From NCBI RefSeq assembly GCF_964204645.1, contig NC_134034.1, forward strand, positions 12,722,962 through 12,786,961: a stretch of 64,000 nt of DNA, in the 5' to 3' direction. The notes under the pieces are model-generated. The model was not told the DNA's origin. It saw only the letters and a list, made by a program, of their open reading frames with translations, and searched no databases. Source of the DNA: Tubulanus polymorphus. Taxonomy: Eukaryota > Animalia > Nemertea. Positions 10,901 through 25,900 of this stretch are shown piece by piece; position 1 is the first letter of the stretch; every line of letters starts with the position of its first letter. Made by a program: the position numbers and the translations under genes.

Positions 10901-13900
10901 ATCGCGTCTTTAAGTTGATCGGTTTCCGACGACGGCGAATTCTCTTTTATGAACCCGCTCTTACCGTCGGCGGCGGCGTGTAAACTACTAGCGACCTCTG
11001 GTGAGATTTCGCGGATGTATTCGCCCTCGGTCGACGACGACGGCGGCGGCGGCAACACCAGTTTCAAATCTTTGAAATTCGTCGGTAACGAAGCCGACCG
11101 TTTTTTAAAGTTTTCCGTTCGGTCGTCGGCGAGCGTTTCGTTCTCGATCGCGTGCGCCAATTCTTGAGCTAAATTTAACGCTTCGACGTTTTTATCGACG
11201 ACGAAAATATCGTCTTCATCATCATCATCATCATTCGCTTCCTCCTCCACCTCTTCCTCGGGTGAGAACTGACTCTTTTTCTCGTCGACGAGTTTCAACA
11301 ATCGCGGTAAATTTCTTTCGTCGTCTGCTTCGAAACTACCAGCGACGTTCGTCGACGGCGTCTGCCGCTTCTCGGGAGAGAGTTGTAAAGTTTGAAACAC
11401 TTCGTACAGCCGATCGATCAACGCCGATATTCCCGTCGTCTCGTCGCGACGAGATTCCATTTCATCGATCAACGACATCAACTGTTTCAAAGCTTTTTCG
11501 TTATTCTTTTCGCTCGCCAGTAAAAGTTCCTGGTGGTCTTCGATCTGTTTGAAACAATGCCCGACTTGAGCGAGGAGGTCGTCTCTAGCTTCCGTAAGAC
11601 TCTGAAATTGTGTAAAAAACATGAATTTGAATCATTCAAAATGAATTTCAAGTTGAAGGATCACCAAATTTCTAATTTGATCTTGTAGTCTATATTTACC
11701 TGATTATCAGTTTGAAGTTTCATGATCAATTTCTCGGTGTCGATGTCACATTCAAAGTCAGTCTGATGCAGTATATCCTGGAAAATAGACGAAGTATTCA
11801 GTGTTTTATTGCAGCATAACCAAAGTCAATTGAGACAGTGTATGGAGGACCAAAAATCTTCAACATTTTACAACGAAAATTAGGCTTAAAGAATTGATAC
11901 CTTGTTTCTCATTTCGGTCAGCCGCCTATCTACCCTGTACATTACTTCATTTATTTATTACAAACGCATTAGAGGATGGGGGGAGGGGTCAGTGCAATTG
12001 CGTACTGTAATGCTGTAATGTATATGAAGAAATGGCCGATTTTGTGTACAGAGGGGGAGGGGGGTTGAAAAATTAAAATTTTATGCGTACGTAATTAATG
12101 AACTATCCCTCATAGAAATGAACTGATCGCAAATTTTGATGCAGTTTTAAAAAGTGACCCGGAGGATCAGGAGAAACAAGGTATCATTTTTAACCCTAGT
12201 TTCGGTTGAAATGCTTTCTGCCATTCATCTTCAGTAGTTCATTGTTTAAATCGTATTTCACATAAATCTCTGGAGATGTAATTAATCCGATTTACCGATT
12301 AATTTCATCGATGATCGTAGACGTCTATAATTAGTCCTACCTGAGCGTAACATTTCCGAACTTTCTCCAAATCGTCCTCGTGCTTGTACTGCAAATGTAG
12401 ACGAGCTTTCTGCAATTCGACGATGAATTTTTTCTCCATGTTCTGTTTTTCCGATTTCAGTTTTTGCTCCTGAAATACTTCCATTTCTTTCTGATAGTTT
12501 TCGAGTTGTTGTTTCAACTCGAATTCGACGTCGTTGCGAACGCGACTCATCTCCAGTTCGAACCGTTCTCGTAGATTGTATTCTTGCATTTTCAAGTCGT
12601 CCTCGTGTCGCGAAATCTGTTTTTCCAATCGGGTGATCTTCTCTCGCGACGCCTCATCGATTTCGTGCTGATTTCCCGACATGTTCGGACTCGTCGTTAG
12701 CAATTCAAAACTTCCGATAGAAGCGTCGCCATCAGATCCGCTTTTCTGCAGAACCTCCTCGCATTTTCCGACCTCTTCAGAAACTTCATTCTTCGCCCGT
12801 TTATTCGGCGCGTCGGTTTTCAACCGATTCAACTCATCCGCTAATATCCCTTTCTCTTTACGAATCAACATTATTTCTTCGTCTCGCGCTGAAATCGCGT
12901 TCGATAAACCGTTCAGTTTAGCGTTCAGTTCGGTTACGATGCTCATGTATCGTTGAATTTCCTCCGAATATTCAGTTTTTAAATCTCGAACCGTTTCGGT
13001 CACCTGACTTATCGTCATCGATTCTTCCAGTTCATCTATAACCGTTTCAAATTTAGATTCGATTTCGTCGTTCTGTAACAAACACAAACAGGCTTCATTA
13101 ACAAAAATATTCAGAACTCGATTTCTGGCCTTTGCGAGGTATTTCCAATCGTAAAACTGGGACCAGTTGCTCAAAAGTTGGTTGAAGATAACCCATGGTT
13201 CCCACAGTTATATGAATTCAAAATTCCCAAGTTTTTCCCAATTTTCCTGTTCTGAGGGAACCATGATAACCGACAGATAAATACCAAAGTGACAATGAAC
13301 CTTGAATTAGCTTGGTCAACTCTAACCAACGTTTGACCAACTGCAGCCCCTGACCTTTTCCTGCCACAAAATTGTCCCGGTTTGGTGAGTTAACATCAAG
13401 GCTTAATGTAATCAGCCAGATGACTCAAATGTGGAACTTGGTATTCCCATATTTCTTCCTTAACCCTTTCAATGCGTCTACACCGCAGTGCAGTGTATAA
13501 ATCAGTGATGGATTTTGCTAGTACACCGCACTGCGGTGTATTGATGTAATTAGTATTTATCTCTCTTCGAAAAATGACAGCACTTGTCAGACATAGTGAA
13601 ATACTAGTAACTAGCCATACACTGCACCGCAGTGTAGACGCACTAAAGTGGTATTCTCGTTATTCAACACACTAGGGTGGAATTTTTCAAAATTTTCAGA
13701 TTATCTCTAGCACTATAGGGTATTAACGAGTCAGCACTGAAAGGGTTAAGAAGTAGAATAGATATATTATAATTACCTGTTTGAGACTATCGTCCAGTTT
13801 ATCCTGTAGTTCCGACGTTTCTTGTTCCAACGACTCCAGTTTCGTCGTGAACTCCGAAATCTGTTTATTCTGAGAATCGATCGTCGTGTGAAGTTGTTTA

Positions 13901-16900
13901 ATCAACTGTTCGTGATCGGACGTTTCTTTATCCTGCAGTTCGCTGGTTTTCACGATGTTATCCTGCATCGTTAACATCTCGTCGTCGCGCGTCTGTGATT
14001 CGATCTTCAGATTTTCCAACTCTTTCTCGTACTTCGCGCAGCACTCGTTCAGACGTTTCAACTCGACGTTTTTAACTTGTATTTCGTCGTCTAGAACGTG
14101 TACGACCAACTCGCTCTCCTCTCTCTGTCGACGTAGTTTCTCGTACGCTCTCGTGCGCTGTTCGACGTCTGCGGCGTGGCGTTCGCTCAACGTTTCTAAC
14201 AACGCGTTTATCTCGGTGATCGTCGCGTCCGACTCCTCTTTCTCGTTGGACAACTCCAGAATCAGCTCGGCCTTCGTTTCGTTCCAATCGGCGCGGAATT
14301 CGGACACTAGGTTACTATTCGTCGATTGCAGCGAGCTTACGATCTGTTTATGTTCGCTGCGCAGCACGTACAACTCGTCCGGTAATAAACTCGACTTTTC
14401 ACCGTTTTGTAAGTTGATAATTTCCTGCTCGTATTTCTGCAGAAGGCTCTGCATCTCGCGCAACTTGTCGTCTTTCTTCGCTCTCAACGATTCGTACTGG
14501 TCGCGATGTTCTTCGCGTTCTTTTTCGACTTCCGTTTTATGACGTAGTTTCATTTTCTCGACCTGCTCTTCCAATCGATGCATGTCGTCGTTTGCCGTTT
14601 TCTTTTCGTCGACGATCGCTTTAAACTTCGAATTAATCGCCTTCAAATCGTTTTCGTAATCGGAATTCAAATCTTCCAATTCATTCCTGGATTTCTCCAG
14701 GTCTTTTTTCAACGCCGTACTTTCATTTTTCAACGATTCGAAATCTTTTTCCAATCGATTTTTAATCTGTTTTTCATTCTTTATTTCCTCCGACAGTAGG
14801 AACCTCTCTTGTCCGAACTCTCGTTTCATCGAAGCTATCTGCTCCGTTAGTTCGTTAACGGTGTTTTTCAACGATTTTATTTCGTACTGGCTTTCGTATG
14901 TCAAATTATCGATTTCGCATTTCAAGTGTAAATTCGTCTCGTTCAGACTACTATTGCTGGACATCAGATCCGTCAGTTTCGCGTTCATCGATTCGATCTC
15001 GTCCACCTTCACTTCCAACTCCGCTTCGAAACTCGATTTCAACGTCTGCATGTCATCGGCAACTTGATTGAACAGTTCTTCTTTTTCGGAATCAAACTTC
15101 ACCTGTTTGTCTTTCAGCTCATTTTCCAACCGGACAATTTCACGATCTTTATCTACGAGCAATTCTTCTAGTCGCTTCAACTTAGAAGCCAACTTTTCAT
15201 CCTGTTCTGCTTCTTTTTCCTCCGCAATCGAGTCATCCATCTTTGAAACCAATTGTTCGTCTTGTTTCACCGGTTTTTCCTCTCGCTGTTTTTCCGGTCG
15301 TTTGAAGTCGCATTTCAACAAATCGAGATCATTTCTAAGAGTTTCGATAAGATCGTCTTTTTCTTTTAACTCGACGTGTAAAGCTTCGGCTTCTTTTTTC
15401 ATGCGTAGAATATACGCTTTTTTCTTCGTTAACTGTTTCTGTAAATCGGACGGTGATTTCGATTTATGTCCGTCTGCCGCGTCGGTCGTGTCGTCTACCG
15501 CCGATAGTTTATTCTCTAGTTCTCGTATTTGAGTCTCGAGTTTTTCGATTTTCGACTGACTTTCGACGTTCCATTGATCTCGATCCATCAACATCGCTTC
15601 GAATTCGCGTTCTAAAATCTGTAACTTATCGTCCGCTTCCTGTTTCTCTCTAAACGCTTCGTTCACCTGATCCTCGAGATCTTCTTGTTCTTTCAGTTTA
15701 CCCCTCAGACTATCGATCTCCGTTCGCAGGTCGTTTCGTTGCTTCGATATTTTCTGATTCTCAATGCGAACGGCCGCGAGATTCTGTTCTCGTTCGATCG
15801 CGAGGTCGTCTCGCTCGCATTCCAACTCGGCGACGTTCTGCTCCAACTCGGCGATCCGTCCGGTCATTTCCGCGCTCAACATTTCCTTATCTAAATCCAA
15901 CTGTCGTTCGAGATCGCGAATGATCGCTTCATTTTCGTAATTTATTCGCTCCCATTTTTCTTTCTCCGCCGCAAACGACGATAAAGTCGCGTCTCGATCC
16001 GACGTCAGTTGTTCGATGACCTCGCCGGAGAACGTTTTGTTTCGCGCTTCGAGACGATCGATTTCGCTCGACGCGATATTCAAACGATCTTCGTATAAAT
16101 CTTTTTCTTCGGTCACGTGTTGCAAACGTTCCATTAACCCTTTACTCTCCTGTTTCGACGCTTCTAGTTTTTCCTCGAGCGACTTCAACTCTTCGATCTC
16201 GCGATTGAGCAACGCGTTCTCCTCGACGAGGCGGTTGTTATCTCGTTTATAATCGGCCAATCTTTCTTTATCGGTTTCGAACGCTTTCATCTCTCGACAG
16301 AGCGACGTATTTTCGTCGTTTCTCTTCTCCGCCGCTTCCCGAAGCGACATCAACTCGTTAATCTGATCCTCGTTCAGTTTCCGCATATTTTCCAACTCCT
16401 GCTCCGCGAACAGCAAACTCTTCATCATCTCCTCGACCGTCGATTGCCGTTTTTCGATGTTACTTTTCGCCGACGCCAAATCGTCTTTGTAACTGTCGAG
16501 TTCGTTTTCGTAAAATTCGATTTCGTCCTGTAAAGCTTCGACGGCCTGCTCGCGTTCAGCTCTTAGCGACGCCACGCGCGTTTTCAACTCCATCTCCAAC
16601 TCGCACGTATCTTCTTCGTACTTCGTCTTCAATTCGTTGAGTCGTCGCCTGGAAACCTCCTCGATGACGTCTGCTACGAGCATTTCGGTAATGTTTTCGA
16701 CGATCAGAACGTTACATTTACGACACAATTCTCGTTCGCCTCGTTCGACCTCGCGTGGATTAGAAACTATAATCCGTTCTCTCGTCGATTTTACATCGAG
16801 TTCAGTTCGATCGATATCTAGCTGTTGAACGATGCAACTCGCATTTTCATCAGCTACATCAATTTTAGCATCTATTTCCTGTAGTTCATGATGTTTAACG

Positions 16901-19900
16901 ATGTTTCTTGCGATATCTTGAGCTACTACATTATTTTCAACAGATTCATGATGAGCAACATCAATGACATCAATATCAACATTTATTTGCCGTAGTTCAT
17001 GATGTTCTATGATGTTTTTAGCAACATCTTCGACGACCACATTATGCTCAACCGATTCGTAATGATCAACATCAGTGACATCAATATCATCATCTATTCG
17101 CTGTTGTTCAGGATGTTCTTCAATGTTTTTAGCAATATCTACAGCAAACACATTACTCTCAGCTTCACTGACCAAACATTCAGCTATTTCTCTTGCCGGT
17201 ATGTTCCCATCTCGATATTCGGGCTTTTCTGATTTCGAGGAGCTGGAGACAAAGTTCAGCATGCTATCAAACAGCTCAGTAACTGAACAGCGGATCAGCA
17301 GTTCATCTCTTTCTGTACGAAGATTCTCAACTTGTTGTTTACATAAATCTAACTGTTGCCCCAAACGACTGATCTCTTCTTCGATACACGTCTTACTGGC
17401 GATCGCGTCCTCGTCCCACGCGTTAGACGTCATTGTTGCGATCATCTCCCTGACGACACCGTGCTCATTTTCCATCGCGAGTTCATCGCGTTCGAGTCTC
17501 AGCCCTTCCAACGTCTCTTTCAATCCTTTATTCTGAATCCGTAGCTCATCGATTATGTCGACGAGATTCACATTTTCGGATGCCATTTCGTGAAGTTTCA
17601 TTCTCAGATTTTCCAAATCAATCTTCAAATATTCATTTTCAAGTTCACGTTCATCACCTGCATCTGACTCTGAATAACTTCCATCATCATCAATTATCTT
17701 ATCATCAGGATCATCAATACTATCTTCGTAACTACCTTCAGCGGCTTCTACAGGACCATCAACACCAGTAATTATGTCAACCACTTCATTTGTTGATTGA
17801 CTTTGATCCTGAGGATGATCATAATTATCTTCAATTATCTTATCATCAGGATTATCAACATTATCTTCCAAACTAACTTCAATAACATCTAGAGGATCAT
17901 CGAAACCAGCAGTTTTCGGATGATCGTGATTTTCTTCAATTATCCTATCTTCACCGGCTTTGACAGGACCTACATCAGTACATTCATCTCCCAAACTATC
18001 GTTCACTCTTTGCTGGCGTATCTCCACGGTTTCACCGACTATTTCATCTACCTCCCGTTCGTGACTAGTTTCTTCCTGTGAACACTCGTGGCGTTTGACT
18101 CTTTGCTCGGATAATTCCGTCTGCAGACTATCGAGCAGACGTTTACGTTCTACCGAATCTTCGATCAGACACCGATTTTGAGCGTTGCATAAAATGGACG
18201 CCGTGACGTATTTCGTAATTTCGCGCGTCGCTCGATTTACGAACTTTTCCTTATTTCGTTTCAACGCTTCGTTTTCAGAGTTCAATAATTCGGCCATCAT
18301 TCTCACCTTCGATAATTCACGTTTGGCAGTTTCTAATTTCGTTTTCAATTTCTCAATTTCTTCATTCACACTTGACTCGACATCAGCATCATTGACACAC
18401 TTTTTCAGAGACTTCAGTTCAGTATCGCGTTCGAATAGACCTTTTTTCAGCAGTTCAACCTCGCTTGTTAGAGCGATAATTTCAGATGACCGGGCGTCTA
18501 AATCAGCGCCGTTCTCTTCCAGAATTTCCGCGAGAATCTGATTCTGAGCACCTTTTACGACACTGTCAGAAACCTGCTTCGCGACGCTCGTCTGATACTC
18601 GTCTAACCGATGTTTCTCTTCAGATTTACACTTCTCAAGTTGCTCGCTCAGATTGTCGGCTCCGCGCTGATTTTCCACCTCTGCCGTGATCGCTTGTCGC
18701 GACAATCGACGATTCTCGTCTAAAGCTCGACCTTGTTCTAGTTTCGCACACAGACACAATTCGTATAAATGAAGTTTCTCGTTCTCGACGTGGTCGATTC
18801 GTCGTTTGATTTTCTCGTTTTCGAAATCTTTCCGATCGATCGTTTCGCGTAGTAGATAATTTTGCGACGTCGCTGCGATCTTCTCGGCGAGGAGACGAGC
18901 GAATTCGTCCCGGAGCGCCTCCTCCTGCTCGCGGTAATTCTCGGTCAACGCCGTCAATCTCTGGATCTCGATTTCGTACAACCCTTTCTCGGCGATTCCG
19001 AACTCTTTCATCGTCGCGTTCTCCGACTGAATTTTCTCCAACGCTAAAATCGCGCACCGTTTCTCGGAGACAGCGTCGTCGAGGCGATGACGTAGATCCG
19101 TCAGCTCATTGTTGCCGACACCCCTCTCCAATGACGATGATAATTTATTATGGAGTTTTTGTCGAATGGAGCCGACTTTGTTCAGCGGAGAGAAGAAATA
19201 TTCAGAAGTCATTGAGTCACCACCGCAGAGTCCAGTATCCGAATAATCGGTCTCTAATTGCGGACTGGTAGCGCCATCTATTAGTCGACCGAGTTTAAAA
19301 TCGCGTACCGGTGATAGAGTATCGTTGAGGTCTCCATCGTCGAACCCGGTACTATCATCTACTACATCCAGGTGGCGCTTCGATTCCTGTTTCTTCAGAT
19401 TATCGATCTGATATTTCAAATCGTCGACCTGCTGTTCGTGAGTTTCGATATATCGCTTTAAACTCTCATTCTCGATATTCAATTGTTCCGATTTCGATAT
19501 CAAATCGGATTTTTCCGAAACTAACGTCTGAATGTCGGATTTTAACGTGGATAGTTGGTCGGTAAACGAGGCCATTATTTCGTATTTCTCGCTGACCAGA
19601 CTCTCCACTCGGATTCCTAAACTTTGAACTTGAGTTTCCAGATTCGCCTTCGCCGAATCGTATCGTTCGATATCACTATAAACGGATACCGGACTTTCTC
19701 GCGAACTCCCGCGTCGCGACTCGGGTAGCGATATACTGCTGACAGGTGGCGCTTGTTTCGGTAAACTATGCGAATTCACCCAGGACGCGACGTGGCACGA
19801 CTCCTCGATCACGGGACTACGAGAGTCCCGTCGAACCGGACTCAACAACGCCGCGTGATGATCGCTATGGGGACTGGGCGTATTACGACTCAGTCTAGTC

Positions 19901-22900
19901 GGACTAAGCGGTCCGTGGTCCGGACGCGAGCGATCCCGTAAATCAGCGACTAGTTTACGTACGTCGTACAACTCTTCGGCTAAACTCTCGATCTGTTCGT
20001 CTTTCTCCAGTAAAATGTGATTGTTCCGTTTAACGGTTTCGTCCAGTTTAAACCGGTAACGATCGATCTCGTCGAACAGCTCGTCTCTACGCCTACGCGA
20101 GTCCGATATTTCATCCTTCAAATCCTCGTTCTCGTCGACCAATCGTCGCACGTCTTTCAACAATACGTCGCGTTCGGCCGTTAGCTTTTCGATTTCGATC
20201 TTCAACGCTTCGATCCGATTGGTCGATTCCGACGAATTCCGCTCGTTTGATTGGTTCATCGATTCCGTCTGCTCGACTGACGTCGCAAGTTTCTCGTTTA
20301 ATTCGACGATTCGAGATTTTAAAGCCTCATTCTCGACTAGCGCAGACGCGGCCTCATTCTCGCGTTGTTTTTGAATCCGTTCGTCCGTAGCGACCGTTTC
20401 TAAGCGCTCGTTTAATTGTTGCCGCAGGACGACGTTTTCGTCGTTTAAACGTTCGATCTGGTTCCGATCGTGATCTATTCGAGATCTCAGCTCGGCGATC
20501 GTCTGCGTTTCCACGCCTTGTTTCTGTAGCGATTCCGATTGATTGTGATCACCGCGGGATAGTTCGGATAGTTCGGATAGTTCCGATAGTTGCGATTTCA
20601 GACCACTATTCTCCTGATTAACCTGCGCGATCACGGCTTGTATTCGAGTGTTATATTCGCCCCACGCCGTCAGATGTCCGTTTAACGTATGCACGTCGTT
20701 CGTTAATAACGTCACTCTCTCGTTCAACTGAGCGCAATACGTCTTCAAACCGTCGTTCTCGAGATTCAAATTCGTAAATTGTTCGTTAATTCGACGGTGC
20801 TCCTCCGTTAGAGCGGCGAGCGTTTCTTTCAAATTCGAATTCTCAACCGACAGCGTCGTTAAACTCTGTTCTAACTCGTTGACTTTCTCGTCCGAAGTCG
20901 CCTTGTCTCGCGTCAGGTCCGAGAACTGATTTTGTAGATTCGTATTTTCCCTCGTTAAGCGTTCGTTATTTTGAGCGACCGTCACTTTCTCGCTGCTGAG
21001 TTTAACAATGTTTTCCTGATACAGTGAGACGCCCTCCTTCAGTTCGGTATTCTCAACGATCAAACTAGAATTCATTTCTTCTAAATCTAAAAACGACGTC
21101 GACGAATTCATTAGTTCCGATTTCAAAACGTCTTTTTCTTCGTTGACGCGAGAAATTTGAGCAGACGCATTCGCCAGTTCAGCTTGCAGTTTTACATTTT
21201 CTTCATTAGTATTCATCAGTTCAGCTTGTAGTCTTACATTTTCTTCATTCATACGAGAAATTTGAGCAGACGCATTCGCCAGTTCAGCTTGCAGTTTTAC
21301 ATTTTCTTCATTAGTATTCATCAGTTCAGCTTGTAGTCTTACATTTTCTTCATTCATACGAGAGATTTGGGCAGACGCATTCGCCAGTTCAGCTTGCAGT
21401 TTTACATTTCCTTCATTAGTATTCGTCAGTTCAGCTTGCAGTCTTCCATTTTCTGCCGAATTTTGAGCAATATTTTCGTCGAATTGCGTTTTTAAAATCG
21501 CGAATTGTTCTAGATTTCGACGGTTCTCGTCGGAAATACGAATTAATTCATTCTTTAATTCGTCTCTTTCTCGCCGGGAATCGACGACGTCCGATTTAAA
21601 CCGGTCTCGTTCGGACGCAGCGCGAATCTCGGATTCGATCAGTTCTTCCCGGTTCTGAACGTGTTCGACTAATTCCGCGATTTTCGAACGGAGATCAGCT
21701 TCGAGTTGATCGCATTTCGCTCTCAATTCGGCCGATTCGTTTCGAGAATCACCCGATTCCGCGCGCAACAATTCGTTATTGCGATTCAATTCATTGCAGA
21801 CGTTCTTATACTTCTCGACATCGTTCGTCAAAACTTGATTTTCGTCCGTAAGATTTTTCACCGTTTCCGATAGTTCCGTATTCCGACTAGAGAGGGCGTT
21901 AATATCGACCTCGAGTTCCGAATTAATACACTCCGTGGATTTCAACTTTTTACAAATTTCCGCGCGCGAATTTTCCAATTCGGCTTTCTCGACCATCAAC
22001 GAGTCCAACTTCTGCGTTAATTCCGAGTTCAATTCCTCGTGTAGACGATTTTTATCGGCGGCCATCTTGAGATCGTTTCGAACGGCGTATAAAGCGTCGC
22101 AGCTCGTCTCGCCGACCTCGAGCGTCGACAGCAGACGCGCGTCTAAATTCAGTTTCTCCTCGGTAACCGTCGTCAAACGTCGCGAAATATCCGAGTTTTT
22201 CGTCGCCATTTCTTCGAGTTTTGAATTCAATGAATCATTTTCGAGCGTCAGTTTCTCGAGCAGCGTCCGAAGTTCCGTTTCCGTGCGCTCGTATCGTTGC
22301 GTAATTCTCGCGTTTTCCGCCATCAATTCCGCGTTCGTCGTCAGAAGTTCCGCGTTTTTACGCGCGAATTCGTCCAGTTTCCGCGCGAGTTCCGGCGGCG
22401 CCGTCTGATTGGTCAAATCGTCGACTTTCATCGATAACGCCGTGCACTGATTGGTCAGATCGTTAACCGAACTCAACAAATCGGATTTCTCCCGCGATAA
22501 CGACGTTATCTGATCGAGTAATACCGTATTCTGATTGGTCAGTTCTTCGATTCTAAACGGCACGTTCTCGCGAAACGTTTCCAACTGTTCCGTTAAATTC
22601 GAATTATCCGTTCGTAAATCGTCGATTTTCGTTTCGAATTCGCGTTTTTCGAATTCGAAACGTTCGTCGTCGGCCGCGTTCTGATCGGTTAACGCGTCGA
22701 TACGCTTCGCGAGTTCCGTATTGCGATTGGTCAGTTCGCCGACGCAGTTCAACAATTCCGTTTTATCGCTCGACAACTCGTCGACGCGTTTCCGAGACGT
22801 CGCGAATTCGCTCGAGATCCGCGCGAAATCTCGACCGAAAACGTCGTTTATCTCCGATATCTCGACGCGCGATTCGTTCAGTTTCGAGATCTCAAGTTTC

Positions 22901-25900
22901 AACTCGTCGTTTCGTATTTTCAACGCCTCGTGATCGGCGACGATTTCTTCGATGCGATTCATATCGGATCTCATTCGCAACAATTCGCTTTCTAACCGCT
23001 CGCATTGTTGCGATTTCTCGTTCAACTCGAGTTTAAATTCGTCGATACGTTTCAAGTGATTCCGATTTTCGGCCGTTAATTTTTCGACGATATTTTTATG
23101 TTCCCGCATCGCAGCCATGGCGACGGTCTGATCATTGTTGATATCCCCTTCCTCACTCCCAGTCGGTGGACCACCAAGCGGACCACCAGTTTCCTCTGTC
23201 CGAGGCAGCGGACCACCAGGTGGACCACTGGTTTCCTCTATTTGAGGCGATGGACCACCAGGCGGACCATTAATTGGAAGGATTGATTTCAGCTCTTCCA
23301 GTCGCTGTTTCAGGGTCGAATTTTCTTTTTCAAAAATTGCACAATTCTGACACGAACCGCATATATTTTGCGGCACAGTTTCATCACTCTGAACGCAGCG
23401 GCCATCTTGTTTTGAATCGGGATTCTGTTTTTCGAGTTGATTCGTAATTCGTTGAATCCGATCTCGCTGTTCGATGTCGCTATCTCGCAGTTTCTCGTTC
23501 TCGGCGAGTATTTCGAGATATTCGTCGGATTTTTGAGAATATCGCGTCGCGAGCAGACGCAGCGCGGCGTCTTTCTCGCGAGATACCGTCTGCAAGTGAA
23601 CCAACTGTTGCTTAGCGCCGTTCAAAGCGTTCGACCAATCGTTACCTTTATCCGTCTGTCCAATCAAATTGCTCGCAGCCTGAAATTCGAAATTTAGATT
23701 ATGAAATTCAAAATATAACGAACAATAACTGTTAGAATAATGATTTCAAATCGATATTTTGAGTGGAGGCCCACATATTATTTTCTAAGCTTAAACTAAG
23801 GCCTAAAGCTGGTTCCAGTCGAGACTTAAAATAGAGTTAAATCTCATCAAACAAATTAAGACCATTAAGACTTTCGGTCCAGGGCCCAGTTTCACAAAAA
23901 AAGTTTAACTCAAATTTTTGGTGTGATCGCTATCGGTTACTTCATATTTACAATGAGGACAACAATTCAAACATAACCGTTTTAGGCTTAAACATTTGTA
24001 CTTTTTCGTGAAACTGGTCCCCGAGTTCAGACTGACTAGAACCCGGTGTTCAGACTGACTAGAACCCGGTGTTCAGATTGACTAGAACCCGGTGTTCAGA
24101 CTGACTAGAACCCGGTGTTCAGACTGACTAGAACCCGGTGTTCAGACTGACTAGAACCCGGTGTTCAGACTAGCTAGAACCCGGTGTTCAGACTGACTAG
24201 AACCCGGTGTTCAGACTGACTAGAACCCGGTGTTCAGACTGACTAGAACCCGGTGTTCAGACTGACTAGAACCCGGTGTTCAGACTAACTGGAACTAGGT
24301 GCAGGGTTTGGTTAAGTTGTAAAGCATTAACGGCAGCCATAGCATTCAAAACCAGCACCAGATTGAAGCGATTAAAAACTACCACCTACGCGTAGCAAGG
24401 AATGGATTATTACAGAATGGAAGGAAGGTAAACTCATTAACCCATTCCCTCTCATATACAGTTCCTGGTCGGTGGCTGTTTTATTAACCGGGGTTTAGAA
24501 AACCGGGTTTAGCTGAACGAAAAAACAGAAATATAGATCTGAAGAAGGTTAGTCGTTTCTACTGTATTTGATCGAATGCTATGGCTTTCAATAGAAAATA
24601 ATATTCACTGTTCAACTTCAAAATCTCCCCCCCCCCATCCTCCTCACGGGGATTCAAGCTAAGTTAGTGTTTGTTGGTTTGGTTTTTGTTAAGAAAAAAT
24701 TACAATTTTACCAAATAAATTGAGGGCGACCCTTAGGACAGTGGTTCACTAGTGGTCAGTGTTCATCGATCAAACACTGACCACTAGTGACAAAGAGTTA
24801 GTTTAAATTGGTCAGCATCAGCATGTATCAAATGACCACACTGGCCACTCTGTACTGACCACTGGTTGGCTTAAGAATGCATCAAATGACCACACTGACC
24901 CCTGGTCAATATTAGTATTCATCTATATAACAAATTTATTCAAAGCTCTCTTCAAGCTGACCACTCTGAATTGAGTGCTGGTCAGTTTCAGAATGCATCA
25001 AATGACCACACTGACCACTGCGGATTGACCGCTGGTCAGTGTATCAAATGACTGCTCTGTTAATTAGATATTAATTCATTCTCTAAGCTACGATCGCCTA
25101 GAAATGAGAACAAACATGTGGAGTATATGTTTACGGTCAGTCGTGAAATATGTGACTTGTAAATCTTAGTAAATATATCAATCATAGGTACTTAACATAC
25201 ATCACTCATAGTGATAGTATATGAACTGTACACTTTGACTCGGTGTGGTTCAAATAAAGTTTAATATTAGATTTATGAAATGAATTTCATATCAACCTAT
25301 CTCTGGTGTGTTTTAATTATCAACCGGAATGCAGTAATGTTCTACCTGATGATATTACTCTATTACGTGTTGTAACACAAAACCAACTGATTTACTATTA
25401 GCTATTAGAGTTAGAGTTAGGGGGGTGCGGGCCGGGGGGTGCGGGCCGTCAGTTGCTTGTCACTCACAAATTCAATAAATATTCTACCTACCAGTTAAAA
25501 TATGATTCCAATTTTTCAGCTAATTCCAATATTTTCACAACCGTAACTTATTGTGGTCAATCGTTATATTCTATTTAATCGTGAAAATAATTCTCTACAA
25601 AATTCTATTCCAGAAATCTCCGACCCGATTCAGCGCAGTACTCAAAATATACAAAAAGACTGTTAATTCTAATTCTATTTAAGTCGATGAAGAAATCAAT
25701 AAAGTGAAGTAAAATGAGTAGAAATGTGATTGAGTTTAGTTTAGTTTAGTTTTGAGGTTGAGGAGGAGTTTCTGAAGTTGAACGCGAAATGATAATAGAG
25801 AGAGAATTTCAAACATCTATGAATCACCTTTCCTCCATTAAGAACCCGCGGCCCGCCGTGCGTCCGTCGCTCGTCTCTATCATTTCAAAATGTGCCGACC

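Noticed and set aside
8232-23697. Numerous 60-200 aa plus-strand and alternative-frame ORFs
   Set aside because: Shadows of the giant CpG-rich minus-strand exons.
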